Shown here one piece after another: positions 55,750 to 63,876 of a DNA stretch of 64,000 nucleotides. Both the position numbers and the translations under genes were made by a program. The notes below the pieces were generated by a model, which made no database searches, was not told the DNA's origin, and saw only the letters and a program-made list of their open reading frames with translations. Position 1 is the first letter of the stretch, and each line of letters begins with the position of its first letter. This DNA is from an uncultured Spirochaetota bacterium (lineage in GTDB: Bacteria; Spirochaetota; Spirochaetia; SZUA-6; DRHE01), in the NCBI GenBank assembly GCA_963736785.1, contig CAVTQG010000030.1, positions 7,206 through 71,205 of the forward strand. The letters run 5' to 3'.

Positions 55750-56130
55750 ATGGGTCGCACGATTCGCCGCGAGGACAACCGCTTCCTCACCGCCCTGCTC
55801 AAGCTCATCCCCAGCGAGGTGGTGGCCGTCTACCTGTTCGTGCTGGGCATCCTGCCGCCGGAGCCGGTCCCGCACCTGGTGGTCGCCGGGCTGCTGGTGG
55901 CGCTCACGCCCCTGTACCTGCGCTTCGCCATGGGGGTGCGCTCGGCGGCCCAGCTCGCCATATCCTGCATCTCCATGCTGATCTGGATCTACGCCCTGGG
56001 GCAGGGTCCCGTCCGCTTCCTGCAGCCCCCCTGGTACGAGCCGTGGTACGGATCGGCGGCCCTGGCCATCTGGACCCTGATCCCGCCCATGTTCCTGTAC
56101 CGCGAGAACGGGGACGGGAACGGACATTGA
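55750..56130 (+). CDS. Small multi-pass membrane protein, unknown family
   Basis: ATG at 55750, 126 aa, in the same frame as the tail of track ORF 53290..56130. [19 protein letters not shown]...[18 protein letters not shown]...[14 protein letters not shown]... Confidence 0.5.
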   Translation: MGRTIRREDNRFLTALLKLIPSEVVAVYLFVLGILPPEPVPHLVVAGLLVALTPLYLRFAMGVRSAAQLAISCISMLIWIYALGQGPVRFLQPPWYEPWYGSAALAIWTLIPPMFLYRENGDGNGH

Positions 56131-58963
56131 GGATCACGGTCAACGGGCGCGCGCTGGAGGCGGCTTCGGGGCCGGCGCGCACGCTGCTGGACTGGCTGCG
56201 GGACGAGCTGGGGCTGACCGCGGCCAAGCGGGGCTGCGCGGAGGGACACTGCGGTTCCTGCACGGTGCTGGTCAACGGCCGGCCCGTGCTTTCCTGCCGC
56301 CAGCCCCTGGCCGGCCTGGACGGGGCGGAAGTGCTCACCCTGGAAGGGCTGGCCGCGCCCGGGAGGCTGCATCCGCTCCAGCAGGCCTTCATCCAGGAGG
56401 GGGCCGTGCAGTGCGGCTTCTGCACGCCGGGGATGATCCTGGCGGCCAAGGCGCTGCTGGACCGGGAGCCGCAGCCCACCGACCGGCAGATCGCCCGGGC
56501 CCTGGCGTCCAACCTCTGCCGCTGCACCGGCTACGTGAAAATCCTGAAGGCGGTGCACCGGGCCGCGGAGTGGCTGCGGCAAGGCCAGGACAGCTTCCCG
56601 CGCGCCGGCCTGCTGCCCGACGAGCCGGCGCCCTTCGGCCGGCCCGTGCCTCGCGTGGATGCCCTGGGCAAGGCCACCGGGGAGCTGAAGTTCGCCGAGG
56701 ACCTGCGCTTCCCCGGGCTGCTGCACGCCGCGGTGCTGCGCAGCGAGCATCCGCACGCCCGCATCGTGGAGCTGGACCCCGCCGCGGCCCGCGCCCGCCC
56801 GGGGGTGGTCGCGGTGCTCACGGCGCGGGACCTGCCCGGGCGCAACGCCTTCGGCCTGCTGGTGGCCGACCAGCCCGTGTTCGCCGCGGACAAGGTGCGC
56901 TGCGTGGGGGACGCCCTGGCCGCGGTGGTGGCCGAAAGCGAGGAGGCCGCCCGGGAGGCGCTGGAGCACATCCGCGTGCGCTACGAGCCTCTTCCCGTCA
57001 TCTCCAGCCCCGGGGAGGCCCTGGCTCCCGGAGCTGCGCGCGTGCACGAGCGGACGGCGGAGCGGGTGGGCAGCGAAGGCGGGCCGGAGGCTGGGCGGAG
57101 TCGAAGCGCTGCCGGCCAACGTGGTGGCGCGCAAGCGCTCCGGCCGGGGCGAGGTGGAGCGCGGCCTGGCCGAGGCGGAGGAGGTGCTGGAGGACGAGTA
57201 CTTCACGCCCTTCATCGAGCACGCCTACCTGGAGCCGGAGTGCGGCATCGGGGTGCCGGAGCCCGACGGCCGGGTCACGGTGCACGTGGGAAGCCAGGGG
57301 CCCTGGGAGGACCGGCGGCAGGTGGCCGCGGCCCTGGGCCTCGCCGAGGAGCGGGTGCGCATCGCCCACCTGCCCCTGGGCGGCGGCTTCGGCGGCAAGG
57401 AAGACGTCACGGTCCAGATCATCGCCGCCCTGGCCGCGCTGAAGACCGGCCGCCCGGTGCGCCTGCGCTTCGATCGCCGGGAATCCATCCGGGCCAGCGT
57501 GAAGCGGCACGCCGCCAGCCTCCGTTATACAACGGGGGTTAAGAAAGATGGCCAGATCACCGCCGTAAAGGCCCGCATCCTGGCGGACTCCGGCGCCTAC
57601 GCCTCGGTCGGGGAAGTGGTGATCCAGCGCGCGGTCAGCTTCGGGGCCGGCCCCTACGTGGTGCCGCACGCGGACATCGAGGCCCTGTGCGTGTACACCA
57701 ACAACCTGCCCGGCGGGGCCATGCGCGGCTTCGGCAACCCGCAGGCCACCTTCGCCGCGGAAGTGCAGCTGAACCGCCTGGCCGAGCGGCTGGGCCTGGA
57801 CCCTTTCGAGATCCGCCTGGCCAACATCCTCGAGGAGGGCAGGCCCACGGTCACCGGCGAGCGCATCCGCTCCAGCGTGGGCGCCCGGGCCTGCCTGGAG
57901 GCCGTGCGCGAAGCCCTGCGCCGCGCCCCGCCGCTCGCCCCGCGGGCCGGCTGGAAGGCCGGAACCGGCCTGGCCTGCTCCTACAAGAACGTGGGCCTGG
58001 GCACCGGCCTGGACGACTACGCCGGGGCGAGCGGCGAGATCCTGCCCGCGGGCCTGCTGCGGGTGCGGGTGGGCAGCGCGGACATGGGCCAGGGCTCGGA
58101 CACGGTCATGGCCCAGATCGCCTGCCAGGAGCTGGGCTGGCCCTACTCCCGGGTGGTGGTGGAATCCGGGGACACGGACCGCGACCCGGCCTCGCTGATC
58201 ACCACCGCCTCGCGCCAGACCTTCGTGTCGGGCAACGCGGTGCTGGCCATGGCGCGGGAGCTCAAGGCCCGGCTGCTGGAATGGCTGGCCGGGAGGTTCG
58301 GCGTCCCGGCGCAGGGCATCGGGCTGCGGGGGGACGCTTTCGTGGAGTCGGCCAGCGGCCGGAAGCTGGCCGCGCTGGACGGAATTGGCCGGGCTGGCCG
58401 CCGCCGACGGGGTGACGCTGAAGGCCGAGGTGCGCTACTCCGCGCCGCGCACCTGGCCGGACCTGCGCGAGCCGGGGGGCGGTTTCCCGGATGGCGAGCG
58501 GCGCCTGCACGCCGCCTACTGCTTCGGCGCCCAGGCCGTGAGCCTGGAGGTGGACCCGGCCAGCGGGCGCGTGAACGTGCTGCGCGTGATCGCGGCCTCC
58601 GACGCGGGCCGGGCCGTGAACCCGGCCAGCGTGGAGGGCCAGATGGAGGGGGGCGTGGTCATGGGCCTGGGCTACGCCCTGTCCGAGGAGTTCCGCCTGG
58701 AGCAGGGCCGCATCCTCACCGACACCCTGGCCCGCCTGGGCCTGTGGCGCGCCACCCAGGTGCCGCCCATCCAGTGCCTCATCGTCGAGAACCCGCACGA
58801 GGAAGGCCCCTACGGGGCCAAGGGCATGAGCGAGCTGCCCGTGTCCATGGCCGCCCCGGCCGTGGTGAGCGCGCTGCACGACGCCCTGGGCATCTGGCTC
58901 ACCCGCATCCCGGCCACCCCCGAGCGCATCCTGCAGGCCCTGGCCAAGGGAGGAAGCGCATGA
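56127..58963 (+). CDS. Fused 2Fe-2S + molybdopterin-binding hydroxylase (XdhD/aldehyde-oxidase-like, about 945 aa; frame breaks near 57080 and 58385)
   Basis: TTG start overlaps the upstream stop. RITVNGRA...[16 protein letters not shown]...[17 protein letters not shown]...[11 protein letters not shown], then [95 protein letters not shown]. Spread over track ORFs 56043.., 57121.. and 58385..58963. Confidence 0.85.
58843..58945 (+). repeat. Direct repeat copy 1 (103 bp, identical to 59632..59734)
   Basis: GTCCATGGCCGCCCCGGCCGTGGTGAGCGCGCTGCACGACGCCCTGGGCATCTGGCTCACCCGCATCCCGGCCACCCCCGAGCGCATCCTGCAGGCCCTGGCC was compared base by base with the second copy. Confidence 0.95.
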
Positions 58964-59580
58964 CCTTACGCTCTTGGGCGCGCTGCATAGCCGCCACGAT
59001 CCTTGTCCTGGGCGCTGTGGCCTGCTCCACCTTGGGCGGCGGGTTGGAAGCCGCGGAAGCGGCAGAAAAGCCCGAAAGCTTCCTGCCCGCGAATCCCTGC
59101 GACACCATTGCGTCCGCCAGTGAGCAGCGGTTGTACCGCCTGCTGATGGAGCACCGCCGCTCCCAGGGCTTGCCTCCGATTCCCTGGTCCTCGAGTCTTT
59201 CCTTCGTCGCCCGCGCCCATGTCCGCGATCTGCAGGCCCATCCGCCGTCGGGAAAGTGCAACTTCCACAGCTGGTCCGCGAATGGCCCCTGGACCCCCTG
59301 CTGCTATACGGACGACCACGCCCGGGCGCAGTGCATGTGGGACAAGCCCCGGGAGCTCACCCGCTACCCGGGAAACGGGTATGAAATCTCCGCCTGGAAC
59401 AGCGCCTCGCAGGATCCGGAGACGGCCCTTTCCTCCTGGAAGGGAAGTCCCCTGCACCACGCCGTGATCGTGAACTCCGGGGTCTGGGCCCGGATCCGGT
59501 GGAAAGCCGTGGGCGTCGGCATCTACGGTTCTTATGCCGTGGTCTGGTTCGGGGAGGAAGCCGATCCCTGTTTCGAGTAG
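58960..59580 (+). CDS. CAP/SCP/PR-1-like domain lipoprotein
   Basis: ATG overlaps the upstream stop (ATGA) and follows [34 protein letters not shown] has a lipobox. EQRLYRLLMEHRRSQGLPPIPWSSSLSFVARAHVRDL...SWKGSPLHHAVIVN..WKAVGVGI is CAP-like. It lies in the frame of track ORF 57121..59580. Confidence 0.8.
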   Translation: MTLRSWARCIAATILVLGAVACSTLGGGLEAAEAAEKPESFLPANPCDTIASASEQRLYRLLMEHRRSQGLPPIPWSSSLSFVARAHVRDLQAHPPSGKCNFHSWSANGPWTPCCYTDDHARAQCMWDKPRELTRYPGNGYEISAWNSASQDPETALSSWKGSPLHHAVIVNSGVWARIRWKAVGVGIYGSYAVVWFGEEADPCFE

Positions 59581-59631
59581 TTGAAGCCGGTCAGGGGAGA
59601 ACTCGCCCCTTCCGGCTCATTTGAGCGCGTC

Positions 59632-59743
59632 GTCCATGGCCGCCCCGGCCGTGGTGAGCGCGCTGCACGACGCCCTGGGCATCTGGCTCACCCGCATCCC
59701 GGCCACCCCCGAGCGCATCCTGCAGGCCCTGGCCGCGCGCTGA
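59632..59743 (+). pseudogene. Orphan 3'-terminal fragment of the Mo-hydroxylase gene (contains repeat copy 2, 59632..59734)
   Basis: In the correct frame it reads [36 protein letters not shown]-stop. Degenerate homology to the parent gene extends about 20 nt further upstream. Confidence 0.85.
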
Positions 59744-59823
59744 GCCCTGGTACTGCGCGTCGTGATTTCCGAAGGGGCTTCGTCCCCGAGTGGCTGGCTT
59801 ATTCGCCAACTATATGCCACGTG

Positions 59824-59871
59824 AAAAAGCAAAAAAGGAGGGCTGTCTGGAAATTGCATTCCCGACAGCCC
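59824..59871 (-). terminator. Rho-independent terminator of the DUF3494/repeat-protein transcription unit
   Basis: On the minus strand: GGGCTGTC(GGG) stem, 10-nt loop, GACAGCCC, then TCCTTTTTTGCTTTTTC. It lies 26 nt after the stop at 59897. Confidence 0.75.
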
Positions 59872-59896
59872 CCAGGCTACAGCCGCAGTAGCTCAG

Positions 59897-60214
59897 TTAG
59901 TTGGGGTACGTAAAGTCCTCATCGCCGGTGTGGGTGATGGTAATCGCAGCCGCACCGGTGGCAGTCACCGTGACGCGACCATTACCAGTGTTGGTAACCG
60001 TCACGGCGCCAGTGGCCGTGCTGTTGATCGTCATCACACCGTTGCCAGTGTTGGTCGCGGTAAGCGCCCCACCCGTGTTGACGATGTCGATCGTTCCCGT
60101 TCCGGTTTCAGTAGCCGCAACATGACCGCCGTTGTTTTCGACGTTGATGAAGCCGTTGCCCGGTACCGCGACCACGTCGGCCGCTGTGCTGCCCGTCACT
60201 GTAATGCTGGGCAC
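59897..60214 (-). CDS. Thr/Gly/Asn-rich decapeptide-repeat protein (T-x-T ladders); probably the C-terminal part of the upstream DUF3494 protein
   Basis: 105-aa ORF. About nine units such as ALTATNTGNG, VMTINSTATG, AVTVTNTGNG, RVTVTATGAA and AITITHTGDE. Its GTG start overlaps the upstream TAG by 1 nt (TAGTG), which equals one frame step from the upstream ORF. Confidence 0.55.
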   Translation of the reverse strand: MPSITVTGSTAADVVAVPGNGFINVENNGGHVAATETGTGTIDIVNTGGALTATNTGNGVMTINSTATGAVTVTNTGNGRVTVTATGAAAITITHTGDEDFTYPN

Positions 60215-61096
60215 TACTGCGGTTCAACGACGGGCACCACTACCGCCGGCACGCCGTTGGCGTTGATGACGGTGTTCACCATGGTGACCGATGCGAAGAG
60301 ACCCAACGCCCTGCCGTTCAGGGTCGTGAGGGTCAAGTTGCCAGCCGTCGAGAAGGTCATTCCCGCGCTCGCTATGATGGTTCCCACCATGGAGCCACCA
60401 CCGGCTCCGTTGATAGTCGCCGCGCTCCCTACCTGCCAGTAGACATTGCCGGCCTGGGCGCCGTTGACCAGAATGACGCTGCTCGGGGCCACCGGGGTAC
60501 CGACCGTGAGCGAGCTCGCCATCTGGAAGATCCACACCGCATCCGCGTTTCCCTGCGCATCGAGAGTAAGATCCGATCCCGTGATCAGGAATGCACCCGA
60601 AGCCGCTTTGTAGACACCGGGGAGGAGTGTAAGCCCGCCCAGCTGGCCCGCGCCGGGATCAATACCGTCGGGTCGTGAGGCCAGATCGTTGAATGCCGTC
60701 AGCGCATCAGCGGCGGCCGCCGTTGCAAACGCAAACGTATCTGCAGTTCCTTCCGGAGCGTCCGTATAAACGTTGCCATTCACCGCTCCAACATTCAGGG
60801 GCGTTTCCGCATAGCTGAAGGTTGAACTGTGAAATCCAGTGATCATCGTCGAAGCACCTGTGGTCCCCATATCCCCCGTAATCGCAGTCGCGGTTCCCTG
60901 GTTGGTAATGCCGGCACCACCACCAAAAACGGCGAAGGAAGCGGCCAAACCAAGGTTCGGCGCCTCAGAGCCTGTAAGAGCTATCCCTGCTGCGACACAT
61001 CGCTCAGCTCCGACATCATCGGGGAAGTGCATGCCGCGATAAAGGCCCAACATTAGAATCCCAAACCCGCCCAGAACCTCTCGTAAATGTTCTCAT
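60214..61096 (-). CDS. DUF3494 (ice-binding-like, IBP-1 fold) family protein
   Basis: Track ORF 60214..61053. LAASFAVFGGGAGITNQGTATAITGDMG, QLGGLTLLPGVYKAASGAFLITGSDLTLDAQGNADAVWIFQMASSLTVG, LVNGAQAGNVYWQVGSAATINGAGGGSMVGTIIASAGMTFSTAGNLTL..LNGRALG. An upstream ATG at 61096 plus a one-base frame correction yields a signal-peptide-like MRTFTR-VLGGFGILMLGLY. Confidence 0.75.
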
Positions 61097-61144
61097 CTTG
61101 TATACCTCTAATATTGAGAATATACATAATATAGCTAATAGTCA

Positions 61145-61170
61145 AGTATATTTAGTATATTAATTATACT
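61145..61170. promoter_or_regulatory. AGTATA/TATACT repeats in AT-rich divergent promoter region (candidate RHH operator)
   Basis: AGTATAT (61145-51), AGTATA-TTAAT-TATACT palindrome (61154-61170), and further TATAC half-sites at 61101 and 61121. It lies between the DUF3494 gene and the RHH gene. Confidence 0.35.
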
Positions 61171-61247
61171 ATCAATAGCTAAAGGATAGGGCACTTCCGT
61201 TGATATTTTGTGCCTTGTGCAATACTCTATGACTTGGAGGGACCATC

Positions 61248-61460
61248 ATGGGAGAGAAAAGAACGATGACGCTGAACCTTTCGGAAGAGGAGATGAACTC
61301 CTTGGACCAGTTGGCTCTCAGGAACGATATGAGCAAAACCGCGGTTATCAGGAAGGCCATTCGAATCTATCTTACTCTCGAGAAGAGAATGCAAAAGGGA
61401 GAGCACATATTCGTGGAAGATGACCTTCACCAGATAAGGGCCGAGTTGTTACTGGTGTGA
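61248..61460 (+). CDS. Ribbon-helix-helix (CopG/Arc/MetJ-like) DNA-binding protein
   Basis: GGAGG lies 8 nt upstream. MTLNLSEEEMNSLDQLALRNDMSKTAVIRKAIRIYL has the beta-strand plus two-helix pattern of RHH proteins. Confidence 0.7.
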   Translation: MGEKRTMTLNLSEEEMNSLDQLALRNDMSKTAVIRKAIRIYLTLEKRMQKGEHIFVEDDLHQIRAELLLV

Positions 61461-61505
61461 GCCAGACCAGCACTCTGTTGTAACTGCGTTAGGCGATAGT
61501 TTATC

Positions 61506-63098
61506 TTGAAAGCAAGGAGACAAGATACGTCCCGAAAAAAAACCGTAACAGGATCCCCGGAATACTCAGAGAGCATCATCAACACCGTACGGGAACCTTT
61601 GATAGCTCTGGATCAAGACTTACGGGTGGTTTCCGCCAGTCGTTCCTTCTATGGAGTTTTCAAGGTAAAGCCTGAAGAAACCGTGGGACAGCTCATTTAT
61701 GACCTGGGCAATAAGCAGTGGAATATCCCCAAGCTGCGGGAACTCCTGGAAACCATCCTTCCTCAAAAGACCTCCTTTGACAACTATGAGGTGGAACACG
61801 ATTTTACCACCATTGGCAGGCGCATCATGCTCTTGAATGCCCGGCAAATTCAAAGAGCGTCGGGGAAAGAGCGGATCATCCTGTTGGCCATCGAGGACAT
61901 CACCGAGCGAAGGGAGATAGAAAACGGGCTGGAAAAAACCCGCAGAGAACTGGAAGCAACGAAAATATCAGAAGATGAAGCCCGCGAATACGCCGAGAGC
62001 ATGATCAACACGGTGCGCGAGCCCCTACTCGTTCTGGATCAGGATCTGAGGGTAGTCACCGCCAGTCGTTCCTTCTATGGAGTTTTCAAGGTAAAGCCTG
62101 AAGAGACCGTGGGACAGCTCATTTATGACCTGGGCAATAAGCAGTGGAATATCCCCAAGCTGCGGGAACTCCTGGAAACCATCCTTCCTCAAAAGACCTC
62201 CTTTGACAACTATGAGGTGGAACACGATTTTACCACCATTGGCAGGCGCATCATGCTCTTGAATGCCCGGCAAATTCAAAGAGCGTCGGGGAAAGAGCGG
62301 ATCATCCTGTTGGCCATCGAGGACATCACCGAGCGAAGGGAAATAGAAAATGGGCTGGAAAAAGCCCATGAAGAGTTAGAGGAACTGGCCGCCGAGCTGA
62401 AACGTACCGCTCGGGTAAAGTCTGAGTTTCTGGCCAACATGTCGCATGAGCTACGGACACCGCTCAACTCCATTAACGGTTTCTCTGAGGTATTATACGA
62501 CGAAACGTTCGGGCCGCTGAATGAAAAACAGAAGATATACGTGAGCAACGTGTTATCCAGCGGAAAACACCTTCTCTTGCTGATCAACCAGATACTTGAT
62601 ATGGCCAAAGTTGAAGCCGGAAAGATGAAGCTGGCCTTATCCAGCTTACCCATGAAAAGAATATTGACGGAAATCTCAATGCTTGTTGCGGATATGGCCA
62701 GCAAGAAAAAGATTGATATGTCGATTGATATAGCCGAGGATCTGCCGGATATCGAGGCTGATGAGCTCAAGGTAAAAGAGATAATATACAACCTGCTTTC
62801 AAACGCAGTTAAGTTTACCACCGAAGGCGGCAAATTGGGCATGCGGGCGAAGAGAGCGGATTCCGAGATTGAAGTAGTGGTCTGGGATACGGGGGTCGGT
62901 ATCGCTCCTGAGAACATGGAAAGGATATTTGAGGGTTTTTTCCGTGTCGATACCCCATATTCTCGGTTGACCGAGGGGACCGGACTCGGTTTGCCGCTTG
63001 CTAGAAAGATGGTGGAGCTACATGGTGGGAAGCTGTTCTGTAGAATCGAAGGGCTTGAGGTGCGGCACCTCGGTCCGGTTTACTCTGCCTATTGCTAG
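61506..63098 (+). CDS. Sensor histidine kinase with two tandem PAS domains (TTG start assumed; frame break near 63040)
   Basis: Two PAS modules (INTVREPL..LDQDLRVV.ASRSFYGVFKVKPEETVGQLIYDLGNKQWNIPKLRELLE...LLAIEDITERRE), H-box FLANMSHELRTPLNSI, N-box LLSNAVKFT, and G-boxes DTGVGI and GTGLGLPLARKMVELHGG. The expected end VESKGL..GTSVRFTLPIA is in another frame. Confidence 0.85.
   Translation: MKARRQDTSRKKTVTGSPEYSESIINTVREPLIALDQDLRVVSASRSFYGVFKVKPEETVGQLIYDLGNKQWNIPKLRELLETILPQKTSFDNYEVEHDFTTIGRRIMLLNARQIQRASGKERIILLAIEDITERREIENGLEKTRRELEATKISEDEAREYAESMINTVREPLLVLDQDLRVVTASRSFYGVFKVKPEETVGQLIYDLGNKQWNIPKLRELLETILPQKTSFDNYEVEHDFTTIGRRIMLLNARQIQRASGKERIILLAIEDITERREIENGLEKAHEELEELAAELKRTARVKSEFLANMSHELRTPLNSINGFSEVLYDETFGPLNEKQKIYVSNVLSSGKHLLLLINQILDMAKVEAGKMKLALSSLPMKRILTEISMLVADMASKKKIDMSIDIAEDLPDIEADELKVKEIIYNLLSNAVKFTTEGGKLGMRAKRADSEIEVVVWDTGVGIAPENMERIFEGFFRVDTPYSRLTEGTGLGLPLARKMVELHGGKLFCRIEGLEVRHLGPVYSAYC
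61633..61940 (+). repeat. Intragenic duplication copy 1 (308 bp; 4 mismatches to 62059..62366)
   Basis: Aligned by eye at an offset of 426 nt (142 codons). The differences I saw are near 61679, 61916, 61925 and 61938. Confidence 0.9.
62059..62366 (+). repeat. Intragenic duplication copy 2
   Basis: See copy 1. It encodes the second PAS domain. Confidence 0.9.
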
Positions 63099-63116
63099 CC
63101 CGGAGAGAGGTGTGAA

Positions 63117-63482
63117 ATGCGGAAGAAAGCATTGATTGTCGACGACAATAGAAACAATCTTATGCTGGAAAAGGACCTTTTGGAGGTCGCTGGCTTCGAG
63201 GTTTTTACAGCCGAAAATGCTTCCAGCGGAATTGCCCTTGCCAGGAAGGAAAAACCGGACATTATCATCATGGATATGCGGCTTCCCGATATGCGTGGCT
63301 CCGAAGCCGCCAAGATATTGCTTCTAGATAATGAGACACGCAATATTCCTATCGTTTTTGTTACTGCTTCTGTGCTGGCGGAAGGCATAGAAGAGATAAA
63401 AGCCATACCGAATGCCGTATTCATTTGTAAGCCTATAAATACGCGTACCTTTGCGAAAGAAGTGATGCAATTCATGAAGTGA
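63117..63482 (+). CDS. Single-domain response regulator (CheY-like receiver)
   Basis: Intact 121-aa ORF. KALIVDDNRNNLMLEKDLLEVAGFEV, PDIIIMDMRLPDMRG, IPIVFVTAS, CKPI. Confidence 0.9.
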   Translation: MRKKALIVDDNRNNLMLEKDLLEVAGFEVFTAENASSGIALARKEKPDIIIMDMRLPDMRGSEAAKILLLDNETRNIPIVFVTASVLAEGIEEIKAIPNAVFICKPINTRTFAKEVMQFMK

Positions 63483-63512
63483 GTTGGATGCAGAGGCGGT
63501 GATGCCGGGCCC
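63471..63512 (+). repeat. 42-bp direct repeat copy 1 (40/42 identical to 63667..63708); spans the response-regulator stop codon
   Basis: TTCATGAAGTGAGTTGGATGCAGAGGCGGTGATGCCGGGCCC versus TTCATGAAGTGAGTTGGACGCAGAGGCGGTTATGCCGGGCCC. Confidence 0.9.
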
Positions 63513-63529
63513 CTCTGGTGGGGTCCGGC
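63504..63529 (+). terminator. GC-rich hairpin after the response-regulator gene (no T-tract)
   Basis: GCCGGGCCCC-TCTGGT-GGGGTCCGGC forms a 10-bp stem with one G.U pair. It is not followed by a U-run, so intrinsic-terminator status is doubtful. Confidence 0.3.
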
Positions 63530-63666
63530 ACGCGCGATTACCCATGGCAGTGGGCCCGTTGCCATTCCCTCTTCACCCGAAATCTTATTAAATTAGTTGG
63601 TATACTCGGTCCGCGCGGGAAAGGCCGTCGAAGGAGGCAGACCATGCACAAGCAGGCAGGGGACGG

Positions 63667-63708
63667 TTCATGAAGTGAGTTGGACGCAGAGGCGGTTATG
63701 CCGGGCCC
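63667..63708 (+). repeat. 42-bp direct repeat copy 2
   Basis: See copy 1. It lies about 170 nt upstream of the transposase ATG. Confidence 0.9.
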
Positions 63709-63876
63709 ATTTGTCGATACAAATCTCGACCGCTGGGCCTGTATGATGTCTTATGTAAGGCTTCCTGAAAAAGTAGCAACTTGCTTTTCGGCAATGACTT
63801 GTGCTACATATTTTGCGGGAGGGCTGCAAGGGAAACAGGGCAAACCCTGAAAAACCCTTGCAGATCAAACGCCAGC

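Noticed and set aside
59881-59910. The tRNA-like string GCAGTAGCTCAGTTAGTTGGGGTAC resembles a tRNA D-arm and could be a tRNA or an integration att site at the island border.
   Set aside because: I could not build an acceptor stem, a complementary D-stem, or anticodon and T arms around it. It overlaps the stop codon region of the repeat-protein ORF on the opposite strand. It is most likely chance similarity.
59581-59913. Track ORF of 110 aa ([34 protein letters not shown]...) spanning the second 103-bp repeat copy.
   Set aside because: It reads the duplicated hydroxylase fragment in the wrong frame and gives the same Arg/Gly/Pro-rich shadow translation seen in the parent region. It has no ribosome-binding site and crosses the compositional boundary.
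58843-62366. A diversity-generating retroelement (template/variable repeat pair) as an explanation for the 103-bp and 308-bp repeats.
   Set aside because: The 103-bp copies are identical. The 308-bp copies differ by mixed transitions rather than adenine-specific substitutions. No reverse transcriptase gene is present in the window.
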